Shown piece after piece: positions 19,503-31,351 of a stretch of DNA of 64,000 nt; the stretch's first letter is position 1; every line of letters begins with the position of its first letter. Source of the stretch: Synechococcus sp. (GTDB lineage Bacteria; Cyanobacteriota; Cyanobacteriia; Thermostichales; PCC-7336). Location: positions 1 through 64,000 of the forward strand of contig JBFRWN010000081.1 of NCBI GenBank assembly GCA_051439605.1. The letters run 5' to 3'. Position numbers and translations under genes: made by a program. Below the pieces are notes generated by a model. The model did no database searches. It was not told the origin of the DNA and saw only the letters and a program-made list of their open reading frames with translations.

Positions 19503-22500
19503 CTAGGTGGCTAACAAAAGCTGTCGGCGAGCGTCGAACCGTCTAGCGGCTAGTTGCTGTACGGCGGCATTGGCATCCACCACCCGGAATTGGTTGCCAA
19601 AGCGGACAAACTGACGCCGATTGCCCGCACAAACTTCAGCCACCACCGGGATACGACCGCGATTGTCTTTATCCCCTGACTGCGAGCGCAGAACTTCTGC
19701 CAACTGATGCTGGACGGCAATATCGTTAGCTCGCGCGGCATCCAATGTCACCATCACCATCTGCACCTGTTCCAATGGCTCTAGGTCGTTGATGATGAGC
19801 TGCTTGCGATCGTCGCGGCTATCCACCTTGGCCCATACCATCACCCGCGTATCTGCTACAAGTTTTTCGTGGATGAGGGCATGGGTTTTGGGGAAGACCA
19901 CTGCTTCGCAGCTGCCGGACAAATCCTCCAAATGGAGAATAGCCATGCGATCGCCCTTCTTGGTCACCACCGGCTTGAGGCTCGAAATCAAGGCAATGGC
20001 GCTGACATCCAGTTTCTCGCCGTAATCGTTCAGGTCTCCTAAATTAATCGGAGCCAGAATTCTGGAGGAGCGCTGCACGTCCTTGAGTGGATGGTCGGAA
20101 ACGTAGAAGCCCAGCAACTCTTTTTCTAAACGCAGGCGCTCGTCTTGGGGATAGTCCGCAGTTGCAGGGGCTTTAGGGGGCTCCAGTCCGGCTGTGTTGC
20201 CGCTGGAGTCATCCGCGCTACCCATGAGATCGAACAGACTAGATTGACCGACCTCTCGGTCTTTAGCCCGACTGGAGGCCCAATCGAGGACGTAGTCCAA
20301 ATCGGCAATCAGCTGCTTGCGGTTGTCCGTCATGGTGTCAAAGGCACCGACATGTATCAGTGCTTCTAAGGCGCGGCGATTGACTGTACGGGTGTCAACG
20401 CGATCGCACAGATCCGATAGAGAATGGAACGGACCATTCTCCTCTCGCTCTGCGATGAGATGCTCGATTGCCCCCTGTCCGAGGTTCTTTACTCCACCAA
20501 AACCGAACAGGATGCTGCTTTCTAGGGGGGTGAAGTCGAGACCGGAGCGGTTGATGTCGGGGGATTGGATTTCGATGCCCAGCGATAGGCAGTAGGCGAT
20601 ATAGCGCTGGACTTTGTCGTGGTCGCCCCCAATCGAAGACAGCAAAGCTGCCATGTATTCAACTGGGTAATTGGCTTTCAAGAACGCGGTTTGGTAGGTG
20701 ACAAATCCGTAGGCGGTAGAGTGAGATTTGTTGAAACAATATTCCGCAAACACCAGCATTTGCTCGAATAGCTCTTTGGCGACGCTACTGGGGACGCCGT
20801 TTTTGGCAGAACCATCCAGAAAGATCTCCCGGTGTTTCTCCATCTCGGCGACTTTTTTCTTACCCATTGCCCGCCGCAGCAGGTCCGCTTGCCCCAGGGT
20901 ATAGCCCGCCATATCCTGAGCAATTCGCATGATTTGCTCCTGATACAGGATGGTGCCGTAGGTATCCTTCAGGATGGGCTGCAGAATTTCGTGGGCATAG
21001 GAAATTTGCTTGCGGCCGTGTTTGCGATCGATAAATTCCGGAATCATGCCGGTATCTAGCGGCCCGGGTCGGTAGAGGGCTAACACCGACGAGATATCCT
21101 CCAGGTTTGAGGGCTTGAGGTCGCGCACCACGCTTTTCATTCCAGAGGACTCAAGCTGGAAGACCCCTTCCAACTCTCCTCGCTCCAACAGCTTGTAGGT
21201 ATTGGGGTCCCCGTTGGGGATTAAATCCATATCCAGCTTGTTGCCCTTGGTTTTTTCAATCAGGTCTACCGCCCGCTGAATCATGGTCAGGTTGCGCAGC
21301 CCCAAGAAGTCCATCTTCAGAAGGCCGCAGGCTTCCACATCCTCCATGTAGTACTGAGTAATCACCGAGCCGTCGTTATTGCGCTGCAGCGGCACGGTTT
21401 CGTCCAAGGGTAATTTGGCGATTACCACCCCTGCCGCATGCACCCCCGAAGTTTTGTTGGTGCCCTCGATGCGCATGGCCATGTCGATCCATTTCTTGGT
21501 CACCGGATCGTTCAGATAACGCTCGCGGAATTCCGGCTCCGGCGTATCTTCGCTAATCATGACTTTCAACTTGGCTGGTTTTCCCCGGGCAACCGGAATC
21601 ATCTTGGCCATTTTGTCCGCGTCGCCGTAGGGAATATCCATCACGCGGGCTACATCCTTCAACACCGCTTTGGAGGTCATTCGGTTAAACGTAATGATCT
21701 GGGCCACCTTGTCCTGGCCGTACTTCTCGGTCACATACTGGATGACCTCATCCCGCCGTTCAATGCAGAAGTCCGTGTCAATATCAGGCATGGACTTCCG
21801 TTCTGGATTCAGGAATCGCTCGAACAGCAGTCCGTATTTGACCGGGTCAATATTGGTAATACGCATCGAGTAGGCTACCAGCGAGCCTGCTGCCGATCCT
21901 CGACCAGGCCCCACTGGAATTTTGTTGTCTCGGGAGAAGCGAATAAAGTCCCACACCACGAGGAAGTAGGCAGCAAAACCTTTGTCCTGCATGACTTTGA
22001 GCTCTTTGCGCATGCGGGCGTTATACTCTTCCGGAATCTCTTCCCGGCTGGAGATTTGCAGGCGCTCGAGCAGGCCGTTCCAGGCCACTTCTTCAAAGTA
22101 GGTTTCGGGGGTGTGTCCAGGGGGAACCGGGTAGTCGGGCAGGTTGGTTTTGCCCAAGATGTCGTATTCATGGACTTTATTGGCTACTTTGACGGTATTG
22201 GCGATCGCCTCTTCAATCACGTCGTCGGAAAGGTGATCGCGGCATATCCGCCGCATTTCCGCTTCGCTTTTGAGGTATTCCGTACCGCTGTAGCGCAGGC
22301 GCTTGTCCTCTGTCAGTGACTTCCCCGTCTGGATGCAAAGCAGGGCATCGTGGGCTTCCACGTCGTTGCAGGAAATGAAGTGGGAGTCGTTGGTGAGGAT
22401 GATGTCGATGTCTAGTTCGCGGGCGATTTTGACCAATTCGACATTCACCAACCGGTCTTCTTTCGATCCGTGATCCTGCAGTTCGATGTAATAGTCGTCC

Positions 22501-23006
22501 CCAAACAGGTCTTTGTACCATTCAGCTACCCGCCTCGCAATTTCGGGGCGGCCCTGCATGATGGCTTGGGGAAGTTCTCCACCAAGGCAGGCAGACGTGA
22601 CGAGCAATCCTTCGTGGTGTTTTTCGAGTAATTCTTTGTTGATGCAGGGGCGCTGGAAGATGCCGCGCCCCTGCATGCCCTCTAAATGCGAGATGGTGGT
22701 CAGCTTGACGAGGTTTTTGTAACCCTGCGTGTTTTTGGCTAGGACCACTTGGTGATAGCGGGGATATCGTTTTTTCTTGTCGGTGATGTCGCCGTTGATG
22801 ACGTACATCTCGTTGCCTATGATGGGCTTGATGGGTTTGCCACGGGTGAGTTTGAGCAGCTCAACGGCTCCGCACATGACGCCGTGGTCGGTGAGGGCAA
22901 CGGCAGGCATGTCCAGTTCGATGGCGCGGTTCACCAGATCGGGCAGTTGGCTGGCCCCGTCGAGGAGGCTGTAGTCGCTATGGATGTGCAGGCCGACGAA
23001 GGACAT
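19503..23006 (-). CDS. dnaE: DNA polymerase III alpha subunit (contiguous, no intein)
   Basis: [14 protein letters not shown] domain, [36 protein letters not shown] fold. Confidence 0.99.
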   Translation of the reverse strand: MSFVGLHIHSDYSLLDGASQLPDLVNRAIELDMPAVALTDHGVMCGAVELLKLTRGKPIKPIIGNEMYVINGDITDKKKRYPRYHQVVLAKNTQGYKNLVKLTTISHLEGMQGRGIFQRPCINKELLEKHHEGLLVTSACLGGELPQAIMQGRPEIARRVAEWYKDLFGDDYYIELQDHGSKEDRLVNVELVKIARELDIDIILTNDSHFISCNDVEAHDALLCIQTGKSLTEDKRLRYSGTEYLKSEAEMRRICRDHLSDDVIEEAIANTVKVANKVHEYDILGKTNLPDYPVPPGHTPETYFEEVAWNGLLERLQISSREEIPEEYNARMRKELKVMQDKGFAAYFLVVWDFIRFSRDNKIPVGPGRGSAAGSLVAYSMRITNIDPVKYGLLFERFLNPERKSMPDIDTDFCIERRDEVIQYVTEKYGQDKVAQIITFNRMTSKAVLKDVARVMDIPYGDADKMAKMIPVARGKPAKLKVMISEDTPEPEFRERYLNDPVTKKWIDMAMRIEGTNKTSGVHAAGVVIAKLPLDETVPLQRNNDGSVITQYYMEDVEACGLLKMDFLGLRNLTMIQRAVDLIEKTKGNKLDMDLIPNGDPNTYKLLERGELEGVFQLESSGMKSVVRDLKPSNLEDISSVLALYRPGPLDTGMIPEFIDRKHGRKQISYAHEILQPILKDTYGTILYQEQIMRIAQDMAGYTLGQADLLRRAMGKKKVAEMEKHREIFLDGSAKNGVPSSVAKELFEQMLVFAEYCFNKSHSTAYGFVTYQTAFLKANYPVEYMAALLSSIGGDHDKVQRYIAYCLSLGIEIQSPDINRSGLDFTPLESSILFGFGGVKNLGQGAIEHLIAEREENGPFHSLSDLCDRVDTRTVNRRALEALIHVGAFDTMTDNRKQLIADLDYVLDWASSRAKDREVGQSSLFDLMGSADDSSGNTAGLEPPKAPATADYPQDERLRLEKELLGFYVSDHPLKDVQRSSRILAPINLGDLNDYGEKLDVSAIALISSLKPVVTKKGDRMAILHLEDLSGSCEAVVFPKTHALIHEKLVADTRVMVWAKVDSRDDRKQLIINDLEPLEQVQMVMVTLDAARANDIAVQHQLAEVLRSQSGDKDNRGRIPVVAEVCAGNRRQFVRFGNQFRVVDANAAVQQLAARRFDARRQLLLAT

Positions 23007-23263
23007 GTGCGAACGCTCTAGATGGTGGCTTTAGTCTCAGTCTGACAGGCCTAGCCGCTATTGAGGAGAATCCTCCACAACTTTTAGGAAAGGAGGGCTG
23101 ATAGGATATCCAAGCGTCTCTGCTGAAACTAATGTTGCTTTGAATCAGCCGGTAAAACTGTCTTTGTGATGGGACATAAGCATGCTGAAATTTTATCTGC
23201 CTGCAACTGTCACGATCTCGGCACTGCTCTAACCAGTTCGGGCCCATGGCTAATATTTGTCAA

Positions 23264-23292
23264 TGTTGACTGAATGCCAATAGCAGTCAACA
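23264..23292. promoter_or_regulatory. Inverted repeat in the divergent dnaE/lysS intergenic region
   Basis: TGTTGACTG-11 nt-CAGTCAACA. Confidence 0.35.
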
Positions 23293-23531
23293 AGGGTCTG
23301 AGAGAAGGCAATTTCGAACAATTAGCTGGACAGTTCAATAGAGTACTTTGGCCGAAATGGGGATTGAATTGTTAGCGCTCGATCTCACCGAAAATGGGCT
23401 AACGCTGTGATATGGCGACTGCCAAGGGTTGTGTTGGCTGAAAATTCGCGATCGCGATTGGGCCATCACACCAGTAGAATGGGTTGCTGTGCCAATACTC
23501 CCCTAGACTGTTTAAGGTTTCACAAGCATCA

Positions 23532-25100
23532 ATGACTATGTCCACCAATCCTGCTGCTTCCAAAACTTCCCATAAGGGTGACAAACAGCCAGAGGATATT
23601 GATGCCCTCAAGGCAGCTCGAATTGAGAAATTGAGTCAGTTGCGCGCTGCTGGCATCGAGCCCTATGCCTATAAATTTAATCGCACCCACATGGCACAGG
23701 ACCTGCAGGACTCTTATGTAGATCTAGGGGCTGGTGAAGAGGTGGATGACCGGGTAGCGATCGCCGGGCGCATTATGTTGCGGCGAGTATTTGGCAAGCT
23801 GGCCTTTTTCACGCTGCAGGATCAGTCCGGCACGATTCAGCTCTATTTGGACAAAAAGCGCATCACCGTCGGTATGGGGGAAGAGGCGTTTAATACCCTC
23901 AAGAAGCTAACGGATGCAGGGGACTGGATTGGGGTACAAGGCACCCTGAAACGGACGGATAAAGGAGAATTGTCGGTTGCAGTGGACGAGTACGAGATTC
24001 TCAGCAAGTCGCTGCTGCCGTTGCCCGACAAGTACCACGGTCTCAAGGATGTGGAAAAGCGCTACCGTCAGCGCTATGTTGACTTGATGGTGAATCCCGG
24101 GGTGCGCCAGACGTTTCAGCAGCGGGCAACGATCGTGCGGACAATCCGCCGGACTCTGGAGGATCTCGGTTTCCTGGAGATTGAAACTCCCGTCTTGCAG
24201 TCGGAGGCGGGTGGTGCTGAGGCCCGTCCGTTTATGACCCATCACAATGCCCTCAGCCTCGATCTTTATTTGCGCATAGCCACCGAGCTGCACCTCAAGC
24301 GACTGGTGGTAGGCGGCCTTGAAAAAGTATTTGAGCTGGGTCGCATTTTCCGCAACGAAGGAATTTCCACCCGCCACAACCCCGAATTCACGTCGGTGGA
24401 GGTATACCAAGCCTACGGCGATTATCACGACATGATGGAGCTCACCGAAGCCACCATCGTGAATGCAGCTCAAGCAGTATTGAGTACCACCAAGCTGAGC
24501 TATCAAGGGGAACCCATCGACCTCACGCCCCCTTGGCGACGGGTGACGATGCACGACTTGGTGAAGGAAACCACCGGATTGGATTTTGCAGCGTTTGAAG
24601 GGCAGCCGGATGGACTGGCTACTGCCAAAGCGGCGGTGGCAGAGTTGCACGTGAAGGAAGCTGATGATTGTGAGACCCTTGGTCTCCTCCTCGTGAAAAC
24701 GTTTGAGGATTGCTGCGAAGAGACCCTTCGGCAGCCCACGTTTGTGATCGATTATCCGGTGGAGAATTCTCCACTGGCTCGTGCGCATCGCTCGAAACCT
24801 GGATTGGTTGAACGCTTTGAACTCTTTATCGTTGGCCGCGAGACGGCGAACGGTTATTCAGAGCTGACCGATCCTCTGGATCAACGGGTTCGTTTAGAGG
24901 AGCAGGCTGCCCAGAAGGCGGCGGGCAATGAGGAAGCCCATTTTATGGATGAGGATTTCTTAATGGCGCTCGAACATGGGTTACCCCCTACGATGGGAAT
25001 GGGCATCGGTATCGATCGCCTGTGCATGTTGATATGCGATGCGGCTAGTATTCGGGATGTCATTGCGTTTCCGTTGTTGAGGCCAGAAGGGTCAGAATAG
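23532..25100 (+). CDS. lysS: Lysine--tRNA ligase (class II)
   Basis: [49 protein letters not shown]. Confidence 0.99.
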   Translation: MTMSTNPAASKTSHKGDKQPEDIDALKAARIEKLSQLRAAGIEPYAYKFNRTHMAQDLQDSYVDLGAGEEVDDRVAIAGRIMLRRVFGKLAFFTLQDQSGTIQLYLDKKRITVGMGEEAFNTLKKLTDAGDWIGVQGTLKRTDKGELSVAVDEYEILSKSLLPLPDKYHGLKDVEKRYRQRYVDLMVNPGVRQTFQQRATIVRTIRRTLEDLGFLEIETPVLQSEAGGAEARPFMTHHNALSLDLYLRIATELHLKRLVVGGLEKVFELGRIFRNEGISTRHNPEFTSVEVYQAYGDYHDMMELTEATIVNAAQAVLSTTKLSYQGEPIDLTPPWRRVTMHDLVKETTGLDFAAFEGQPDGLATAKAAVAELHVKEADDCETLGLLLVKTFEDCCEETLRQPTFVIDYPVENSPLARAHRSKPGLVERFELFIVGRETANGYSELTDPLDQRVRLEEQAAQKAAGNEEAHFMDEDFLMALEHGLPPTMGMGIGIDRLCMLICDAASIRDVIAFPLLRPEGSE

Positions 25101-25107
25101 GTGACAT

Positions 25108-25599
25108 TTAAATCGGGACCGATGACCTATCGATTGCTCGTAGACCGCCGAAGCGCTCGGAAATGATGTCGTCGTAGGTGTCGGCGATCGCCGCCACACA
25201 GAGAATGCAGGTTTGCAGCTCTACTAGGTCTAGGTTTTCGCCCCCCAATACGCTTTCAGAAAACACGATGTTATTGCTTTCATCCAGCTGAAAGGCCCCA
25301 AACTGCATGCGGCGATTTTCTGACAGTAGATAGTGCATGAGATGGGCGTCCATTTCTGTGCCGATGGTGACGCAACTGCAGGCTCGTACGAGGGCCATTT
25401 CAGTGTTGTCCCAGGGATGCACCTCCCAGGGCAAAACTTCGACTTCGACCATCGTCGATTCGTAAAGCAAATCAAATTTGGGGCGATTGGCAAGTGCCCG
25501 CATCGAATCTTTGAATAAACGGGAGGAATTGAGATAGTCGGCAACTTTCTCGTAGGTGATGGTTTGGGTTTTGCTGATGAACGTAGGGCTGGCAGACAT
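25108..25599 (-). CDS. YbjN / T3SS-chaperone-like (CesT fold) protein
   Basis: YLL.EN..M.FGAFQLD...I.F, IADTYDD.I..RFGG. Confidence 0.75.
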   Translation of the reverse strand: MSASPTFISKTQTITYEKVADYLNSSRLFKDSMRALANRPKFDLLYESTMVEVEVLPWEVHPWDNTEMALVRACSCVTIGTEMDAHLMHYLLSENRRMQFGAFQLDESNNIVFSESVLGGENLDLVELQTCILCVAAIADTYDDIISERFGGLRAIDRSSVPI

Positions 25600-25719
25600 G
25601 CTTTGGACAGTTGTAGAGGATAAGAACGGTCAAGGGCTTAGGGGCATGGGTATGGGGGCTCGGTTTTGAGGGCAACTGTAATGATGGCGAACGGAATCAA
25701 GACGGGCTGGGCAGGCTGC

Positions 25720-26550
25720 CTAGCGCATGAACATGCGTCGATCGAGGGTTTTTGGATCGTGGGTGCCGATAAATTCATCTAGGCTCTCATCGGAATCTAA
25801 AGACCCATCCACCATGTGGATGATGCGATCGGCGACATCCAAAATTCGGTTGTCGTGGGTGACCATCAAAATGGTGCACCCCTGTTCTCGAACTAGCTCT
25901 TGCATGATGGTCACCACTTCGCGACCCGATTCTCTATCGAGGGCGGCGGTGGGTTCGTCCGCCAAGATCAGCTTGGGTTGATTGACCAACGCTCTGGCGA
26001 TCGCCACTCTCTGCTTTTGCCCCCCCGAGAGCGATCGGGGCTTGTAATCAACGCGGTTGGCTAGGCCGAGCCGGCTTAACATATCTACAGCTAATGTTCG
26101 CTTTTGCCGGATGTTACCTGTCAGTTCCACTGCCATCTCGACGTTTTGGCTGGCACTGAGGGATTCAAATAGATTGTGGGATTGGAAGATAAATCCAATA
26201 TTGCGGCGGATGTTAACCAGGCTCGGCCGCTTGAGCCCCACGAGCTCCTGTTGCAGCACCCGCAGGTTGCCCTCGTGAGCCGACCGTAGTGCACCCACCA
26301 GCGTCAGCAAGGTTGTTTTGCCGGACCCAGAGGGGCCGGTCATAATGACAATTTGTCCCTGCGGCAGGTCGAGATTGATGTCGAACAGCACCTGTTTGCG
26401 CAGCTCTTTTTCCCCAAAGAAATAATTTAGGTTGCGAATGCATACAACGGGATCGGCTACCCCAGATGTGGGATGGTCGAGTGAAACACCAGCGGTTAAG
26501 TCGCTGGTGGGCGAGTCTTTTGGAGTCGTGTTGAGGGCTGTTGGGTTCAT
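25720..26550 (-). CDS. devA: DevA-family ABC exporter ATP-binding subunit
   Basis: LRKQVLFDINL, GPSGSGKTT, LSGGQKQRVAIARAL, LADEPTAALD, VTHDNRILD. Confidence 0.92.
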   Translation of the reverse strand: MNPTALNTTPKDSPTSDLTAGVSLDHPTSGVADPVVCIRNLNYFFGEKELRKQVLFDINLDLPQGQIVIMTGPSGSGKTTLLTLVGALRSAHEGNLRVLQQELVGLKRPSLVNIRRNIGFIFQSHNLFESLSASQNVEMAVELTGNIRQKRTLAVDMLSRLGLANRVDYKPRSLSGGQKQRVAIARALVNQPKLILADEPTAALDRESGREVVTIMQELVREQGCTILMVTHDNRILDVADRIIHMVDGSLDSDESLDEFIGTHDPKTLDRRMFMR

Positions 26551-26565
26551 CTGTTTGTCTCTCGA

Positions 26566-27747
26566 CTAGTCAAATACTTCTGCTGGGTCGGCACGCTGCA
26601 CTCTGCGCAGGGCGAGCGCCCCGGAAATTAAGCACATGGCAAAGGTGGCGGTCAGAGTGCTGAATGTCCGGGAGGGATTCATGACCATCACCAGCCCGGT
26701 GGCTTGACTCGTCAAACTGTAGAGACCCACACTGGTGGCCCAACCTGGAATAAAGCCCATAACTGAGAGCAGAAGGGCTTCTTGAATGACCACTTCAAAT
26801 AGGAACCGATCGGCGTAGCCAATCGCCTTCAGGGTGGCATATTGCACCCAATGGTTGGCCACATCTGTGTAGAGGATTTGGTAAACCAAAATGATGCCCA
26901 CCACAAATCCCATCATGGTGAGCAAGCCAAAAATGAAGCCGATGTTGGTATTTTCCTGCCAGTAGCGAATTTCCCGGTTCGCAAACTCCGTCATGCTCAT
27001 GATGGTCACATCGTTGGGTAAGCCCTGCTGTAATTGGGCAACAACGGCATCGATATCAGCCCCTTTGGTTACCGTCAGCAACCCCACATCCACTGTTTTG
27101 AGGGAGCGATCGTCGACCTCCGGTCCTTGCTCGGCGAAATAGCGCAGAAAATTATCCTCGCTCATGAGGACGTTGCCGGTACCCGCCGCAAAATCAGTGC
27201 CCAGTTGAAAGGTGCCCACCGATCGCACCCGTCGCTCTGCTAACTCTGTGACGATACCGGTTTCTGTCGGTCCCACTTCTGGGCGCGACCGAGTGTCAAG
27301 CAAAATGGTTTCGGGCATCCGCAGGTCTTCCACCTTGGAGGCGATCTCAGGCAGTAGAAAGACTGGGTCATTGAGGTTAAAGGCAATCGCCCGCAGACGC
27401 GTGGTTTTGCCCGTATCAGGATTTTTCCAGGGGGCGGATACTTCTAGGTATAAGGGATATGCATCCTCAACCCCTTCGTAGGCTCTTGCCTGATAGAGGC
27501 GATTGCGGGCAAATTGCTCGGGCACAAACATGTTGGTTTTGAGGCGATTGATGATGACAATGTCGCCGTTGAGGGATTTGTGCAATTGCACCTGGCTATC
27601 GTACAGGGCGTTTTGAAATCCCTTGAAGATGAACATCAGCAGAACGGCAAAGGCTACTCCCGCTAAGGCTACCAACAGACGGCGGCGCTCGTAGGTGAGG
27701 TTGTACCAAGCTAGAGGTGTTTGTCGAACTCCCCAATTGAACGGCAT
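26566..27747 (-). CDS. devC: DevC-family ABC exporter permease (second copy)
   Basis: TPLAW.NL...RLLVALAGVAFA, VYQILYTDV, YATLKAIGY, ADPAEVF; ATG overlaps upstream TGA (TGATG). Confidence 0.9.
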   Translation of the reverse strand: MPFNWGVRQTPLAWYNLTYERRRLLVALAGVAFAVLLMFIFKGFQNALYDSQVQLHKSLNGDIVIINRLKTNMFVPEQFARNRLYQARAYEGVEDAYPLYLEVSAPWKNPDTGKTTRLRAIAFNLNDPVFLLPEIASKVEDLRMPETILLDTRSRPEVGPTETGIVTELAERRVRSVGTFQLGTDFAAGTGNVLMSEDNFLRYFAEQGPEVDDRSLKTVDVGLLTVTKGADIDAVVAQLQQGLPNDVTIMSMTEFANREIRYWQENTNIGFIFGLLTMMGFVVGIILVYQILYTDVANHWVQYATLKAIGYADRFLFEVVIQEALLLSVMGFIPGWATSVGLYSLTSQATGLVMVMNPSRTFSTLTATFAMCLISGALALRRVQRADPAEVFD

Positions 27748-28889
27748 CAGAATACCTCCGCTGGGTCGGCTCGCATCACTTTGCGCATGGCAAGTCCCCC
27801 GGAAAGTACGCACATCATCAACACCATGACGAAGACGTAAATGGCCCGATCGACTTCCATACCCACCGGTAACGTGCCGCTGGTGGCGGTATAGGCAAGG
27901 TGATAGAGCCCCAAAGACACCACGAACCCCGGTGTATATCCCAAGCCTGCCAAGATGCTTGCTTCCTGCAGCACGATGCCAAACAGGTACGTATCGCGGA
28001 ATCCCATGGCTTTGAGGGTGGCGTATTCAGGTAGGCGATCGGAGATGTCGGTGTACAAAATCTGGTAGACAATCACTGCTCCGACAATCAGGGAGACCAT
28101 CACTCCCAAGCCAAATATAAAGCCTGTGGAGGTGGCGCCGATCCAATACGCTCGCTCCCGTTCCACAATCCCTGCTTGGGTGTATACCTCGACGTCAGGG
28201 GGCAGAATTTGCCGCAGTTTATCCCGCACTGCGATTGCGTCGGTGTCCTCCTCAAGCTGCAGAACGCCAACATCAACATCGTCTATGGAACGCCGTGGGA
28301 AATAGCGAAAGAAATTTTGGTCGCTGAGAATGACAGTTCCGTCGGACGCAAAGCCTCCTCCAAGGGCATATTGCCCCCCAACAGTCACTCGTCGTCCCTC
28401 TACTTCTGTAACAGTGCCCACATCCATAGGGCCAAACTCCGGACGGGAGTAGATATCTATGAGGACGGTGTTGGTGCGCAGTAACATGGCCTGGATCTGG
28501 GGATCCTCGAACTCGGGCAGCTGGAAGAGGCCATCGTTAGGATTGACCCCAAAGAAAAACATGGCCCGGTTGATGCGGGTGTCTGGATTGCGCCACTGAC
28601 CGTAGCTGACATAGAGGGGCATAGAGCGCTTGACACCGGCAATGCCCTCAGCTTGATAGAGGCGCTTGATGGTAAAGGGCTTGGCGGAACTAATGTCCTG
28701 GCTAACTGGAGAAATTAAGAAAATATCTCCCTCCATGCGGTTGTAAAGTTGCGAGGCCGTTTTGGCCAGTGCCCCCAAAAAGCCCAGGTTCATAAACACC
28801 AGCAGCACGGCAAAACTCACCCCGGCGATCGCCACCAGCAGGCGCGTTTTCTCATGCACCAAATTCAGCCAGGAGATTGGAGTTCTCAC
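27747..28889 (-). CDS. devC: DevC-family ABC exporter permease (first copy)
   Basis: RLLVAIAGVSFA, VYQILYTDI, EYATLKAMG, ADPAEVF. Confidence 0.9.
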   Translation of the reverse strand: MRTPISWLNLVHEKTRLLVAIAGVSFAVLLVFMNLGFLGALAKTASQLYNRMEGDIFLISPVSQDISSAKPFTIKRLYQAEGIAGVKRSMPLYVSYGQWRNPDTRINRAMFFFGVNPNDGLFQLPEFEDPQIQAMLLRTNTVLIDIYSRPEFGPMDVGTVTEVEGRRVTVGGQYALGGGFASDGTVILSDQNFFRYFPRRSIDDVDVGVLQLEEDTDAIAVRDKLRQILPPDVEVYTQAGIVERERAYWIGATSTGFIFGLGVMVSLIVGAVIVYQILYTDISDRLPEYATLKAMGFRDTYLFGIVLQEASILAGLGYTPGFVVSLGLYHLAYTATSGTLPVGMEVDRAIYVFVMVLMMCVLSGGLAMRKVMRADPAEVF

Positions 28890-30268
28890 GAATCTGCAGC
28901 CTTAGAGAGGGTCGGAATTGTCACCAGGCCGGTACGAACTAAAGACTCGGACCGCAGCGTATTGAGAGTGCTCTTTCGTGAGGTAGAGAGGGTCTGCTCG
29001 CTTGCCCCTATCCAATGGGTGAGACTATTGTCTGCAGTGGGATCGTCGCCCTCCGAAATACTGTCCTCCGCTGTGGCAGGGGCTGGTTGCTCGTCCGATG
29101 CCACATTGATGCGAACATCTACCTGTAGGTTGGTCAGACCTGCCACCGGTTTGCTCTCATTTAGACGAATTTTGACTTCAACCACCCGAGAGTCAGCATT
29201 GGCAGCTGGGTCATCATCTAGCACGTCGTTTTTAAAAATTTGCCATCCCACTTCAGCAACCGAGCCCTCTAAAGATCGGGTAAAGGCTCCGTTTCGACTG
29301 ACAATGGTGGCGGGCTGTCCCACTTTCACCAAGCTGATATCGGTTTCGTAGACTTCCGCTACTACGTACATCTGGTTGGTGTCACCCATATCCAAGATGC
29401 CTTCTTTAGCGGCGATCGCCTCCCCTGCCTTGGTGTAAATCTGCAAAATACGGCCATCCTGGGGGGCACGAATGATGGTACGCTCCAGTTTTGCTTCTGC
29501 TAAGGCCAAATTGCTGCGGGCTGATTCCACAGCCACCTGGATTTGTGAGAGTTCGAGACTGGCTTGAGCTGCCTGTAACTGTGCTTCAGCATTGAGCATA
29601 TCTGTCTCTTTGGAAGCTTCTAACCGCACAAGAGCAGCGCGGGCGTTACTGAGTTGCTCCCGCAATTGATTGACGGTGCTGGTTTGGCGATCGAGTTCCT
29701 GTTCAGAAATGGCTCCGTCTATAAATAGGGTTTTGAACCGCTCGAGATCCTCATCCTCCTGCAGAAGTTCTACTTCTAGCTGGCGAATGATGGCCTCTTG
29801 CCCTTCAATTTCGAAAGCCGAAGGGCGTTCGATTTGCTGCAGTCGGGTTTTGGCTTCGAGAACTTCTGCCAGTCCGAAATCCGTTTGAGCAGCCAGTCGG
29901 CTTTCTGCCTCCGCCAGTTGGCTGGCTGCTAAGTCCCGCTCTGCCAGACGCTCTTGATGACTTTCTAGGTAGGCTAGGACCGATTCTGCCTCTACCCAAG
30001 CTCCTTGGCTGACCGCTAATCGGCCAATGCGCTCACCCGTGGGGCCGCTAATGCGAATGGTTTCTCCTCGTGGCTCTATGCGTCCTAAGGCAGCCACCGC
30101 TACTCTTTGCGGTTGCGCTGCGTCCACTACCTCTGCGGTCCTGGATGATGGTGCTGAGGCTGAATTTCCGTTTGAGGGGTTCAGCCGCGAAAATCCGATT
30201 GCTGCAATCAGGCCAATTGCCCCCCCTGCAATGGCAAATTTCAGCCGCCGTTGCCCGCTATTTCCCAT
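28886..30268 (-). CDS. devB: DevB/HlyD-family membrane fusion protein
   Basis: VAALGRIEP.GE, coiled coil, IRAP.DG.IL, QMYVVAEVYETDI, D.RVVEVKIRL. Confidence 0.9.
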   Translation of the reverse strand: MGNSGQRRLKFAIAGGAIGLIAAIGFSRLNPSNGNSASAPSSRTAEVVDAAQPQRVAVAALGRIEPRGETIRISGPTGERIGRLAVSQGAWVEAESVLAYLESHQERLAERDLAASQLAEAESRLAAQTDFGLAEVLEAKTRLQQIERPSAFEIEGQEAIIRQLEVELLQEDEDLERFKTLFIDGAISEQELDRQTSTVNQLREQLSNARAALVRLEASKETDMLNAEAQLQAAQASLELSQIQVAVESARSNLALAEAKLERTIIRAPQDGRILQIYTKAGEAIAAKEGILDMGDTNQMYVVAEVYETDISLVKVGQPATIVSRNGAFTRSLEGSVAEVGWQIFKNDVLDDDPAANADSRVVEVKIRLNESKPVAGLTNLQVDVRINVASDEQPAPATAEDSISEGDDPTADNSLTHWIGASEQTLSTSRKSTLNTLRSESLVRTGLVTIPTLSKAADS

Positions 30269-30777
30269 AAAACCTCTGCTTACCCCAACGAGTCGGTCTG
30301 AAACTTCTGATACTGCCTAAGATTGGTCTAGTAAACCCTTTGGGCCAGCGGTACTCTCCGATGAGAGACTGAAGCAGACCCACTTTGTTATTCTTAGCAT
30401 TTTTTAATACTCTCTAGAGTCTGAGAACGTTGGTAATGACGCAAACTCTTGCTTGCAGGACTGATATACAAGGGGTTGATGGGCTCCGGTCTGTAGCGGA
30501 GGGTATTTCAATTAGGATGGCACTTGTCCCCCAGTGAGGACTCTGGGGCTGATGATGCTGCCGAATGGCTTGTTCTTCCCTATTTGTAAGCACTCTCTGA
30601 ACCTGAGCCGCAGTATGCCTGCGATGAGACGGTTGAGGAATGCAAACCAGTGTCGGGGGATGTAAATTCCCCAGATGAAGCAGGTAGACGCTTGCCTGAA
30701 CCCAGTATTTTTTTGAACGTTAGGCTTGTATTGTGCGAGCGCGGTCTAGTTGCTGCTCAAATGCAACCCCGACTTCA

Positions 30778-30972
30778 TCACTGCATCAGAGTCCAATTAC
30801 CATCCACTAATTCTTCGGTGGTATGAGTATCCCAGCCGCGTTCGCTGGCTATCCATCCAAACTTTTCCAGCGCTTCTTCGTCTGACTCAGCTTCCAGCAC
30901 CAGTGCGCAGGTATTCACAGTTTCTAGAAGGTCATCGTCTTTGATGTCAATCTCAAATCGATAGTGAGCCAT
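30778..30972 (-). CDS. Small acidic hypothetical protein
   Basis: 64 aa isolated ORF with ATG, protein-like composition (LEAESDEEALEKF). Confidence 0.55.
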   Translation of the reverse strand: MAHYRFEIDIKDDDLLETVNTCALVLEAESDEEALEKFGWIASERGWDTHTTEELVDGNWTLMQ

Positions 30973-31351
30973 ACTTGCCGCTTCAAAACATATAAATAGC
31001 TTCGCGATCGTGAAAGTTTGTAACTGTTTAGGATGAACGTTTTAGTGCTGAATTGGGCACAAAGTTACGAAACGATCGCTATATGGTAGTAAAAATTCAG
31101 TGATATTTCTGAGCCAAGGACGTACTTTATGTTACCGGTTGTGATTTGGGACTGACCTTTCGACGTTGCCTGTTCGTGGTTGGGTGCAATCTTGTTTCAT
31201 CAGGATGGGATTTGCTGAAGCCTGCGGGGAAGCGTATGCCATTCAGGCAGGAGATCGTCGAAAATGAATGTAGAGCATGATTTTTTCGGGTAGTCAGTTA
31301 ATATTCTCAACCCATTGTGATGTTCGAGCAGTGGTACGTAGGAAAATCAGC

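Noticed and set aside
21438..22319. 293-aa plus-strand ORF
   Set aside because: Antisense shadow of dnaE with no recognisable motif
23907..24788. 293-aa minus-strand ORF
   Set aside because: Antisense shadow of lysS
30268..30750. Long intergenic region upstream of devB as a riboswitch
   Set aside because: Only short hairpins; no known aptamer consensus recognised
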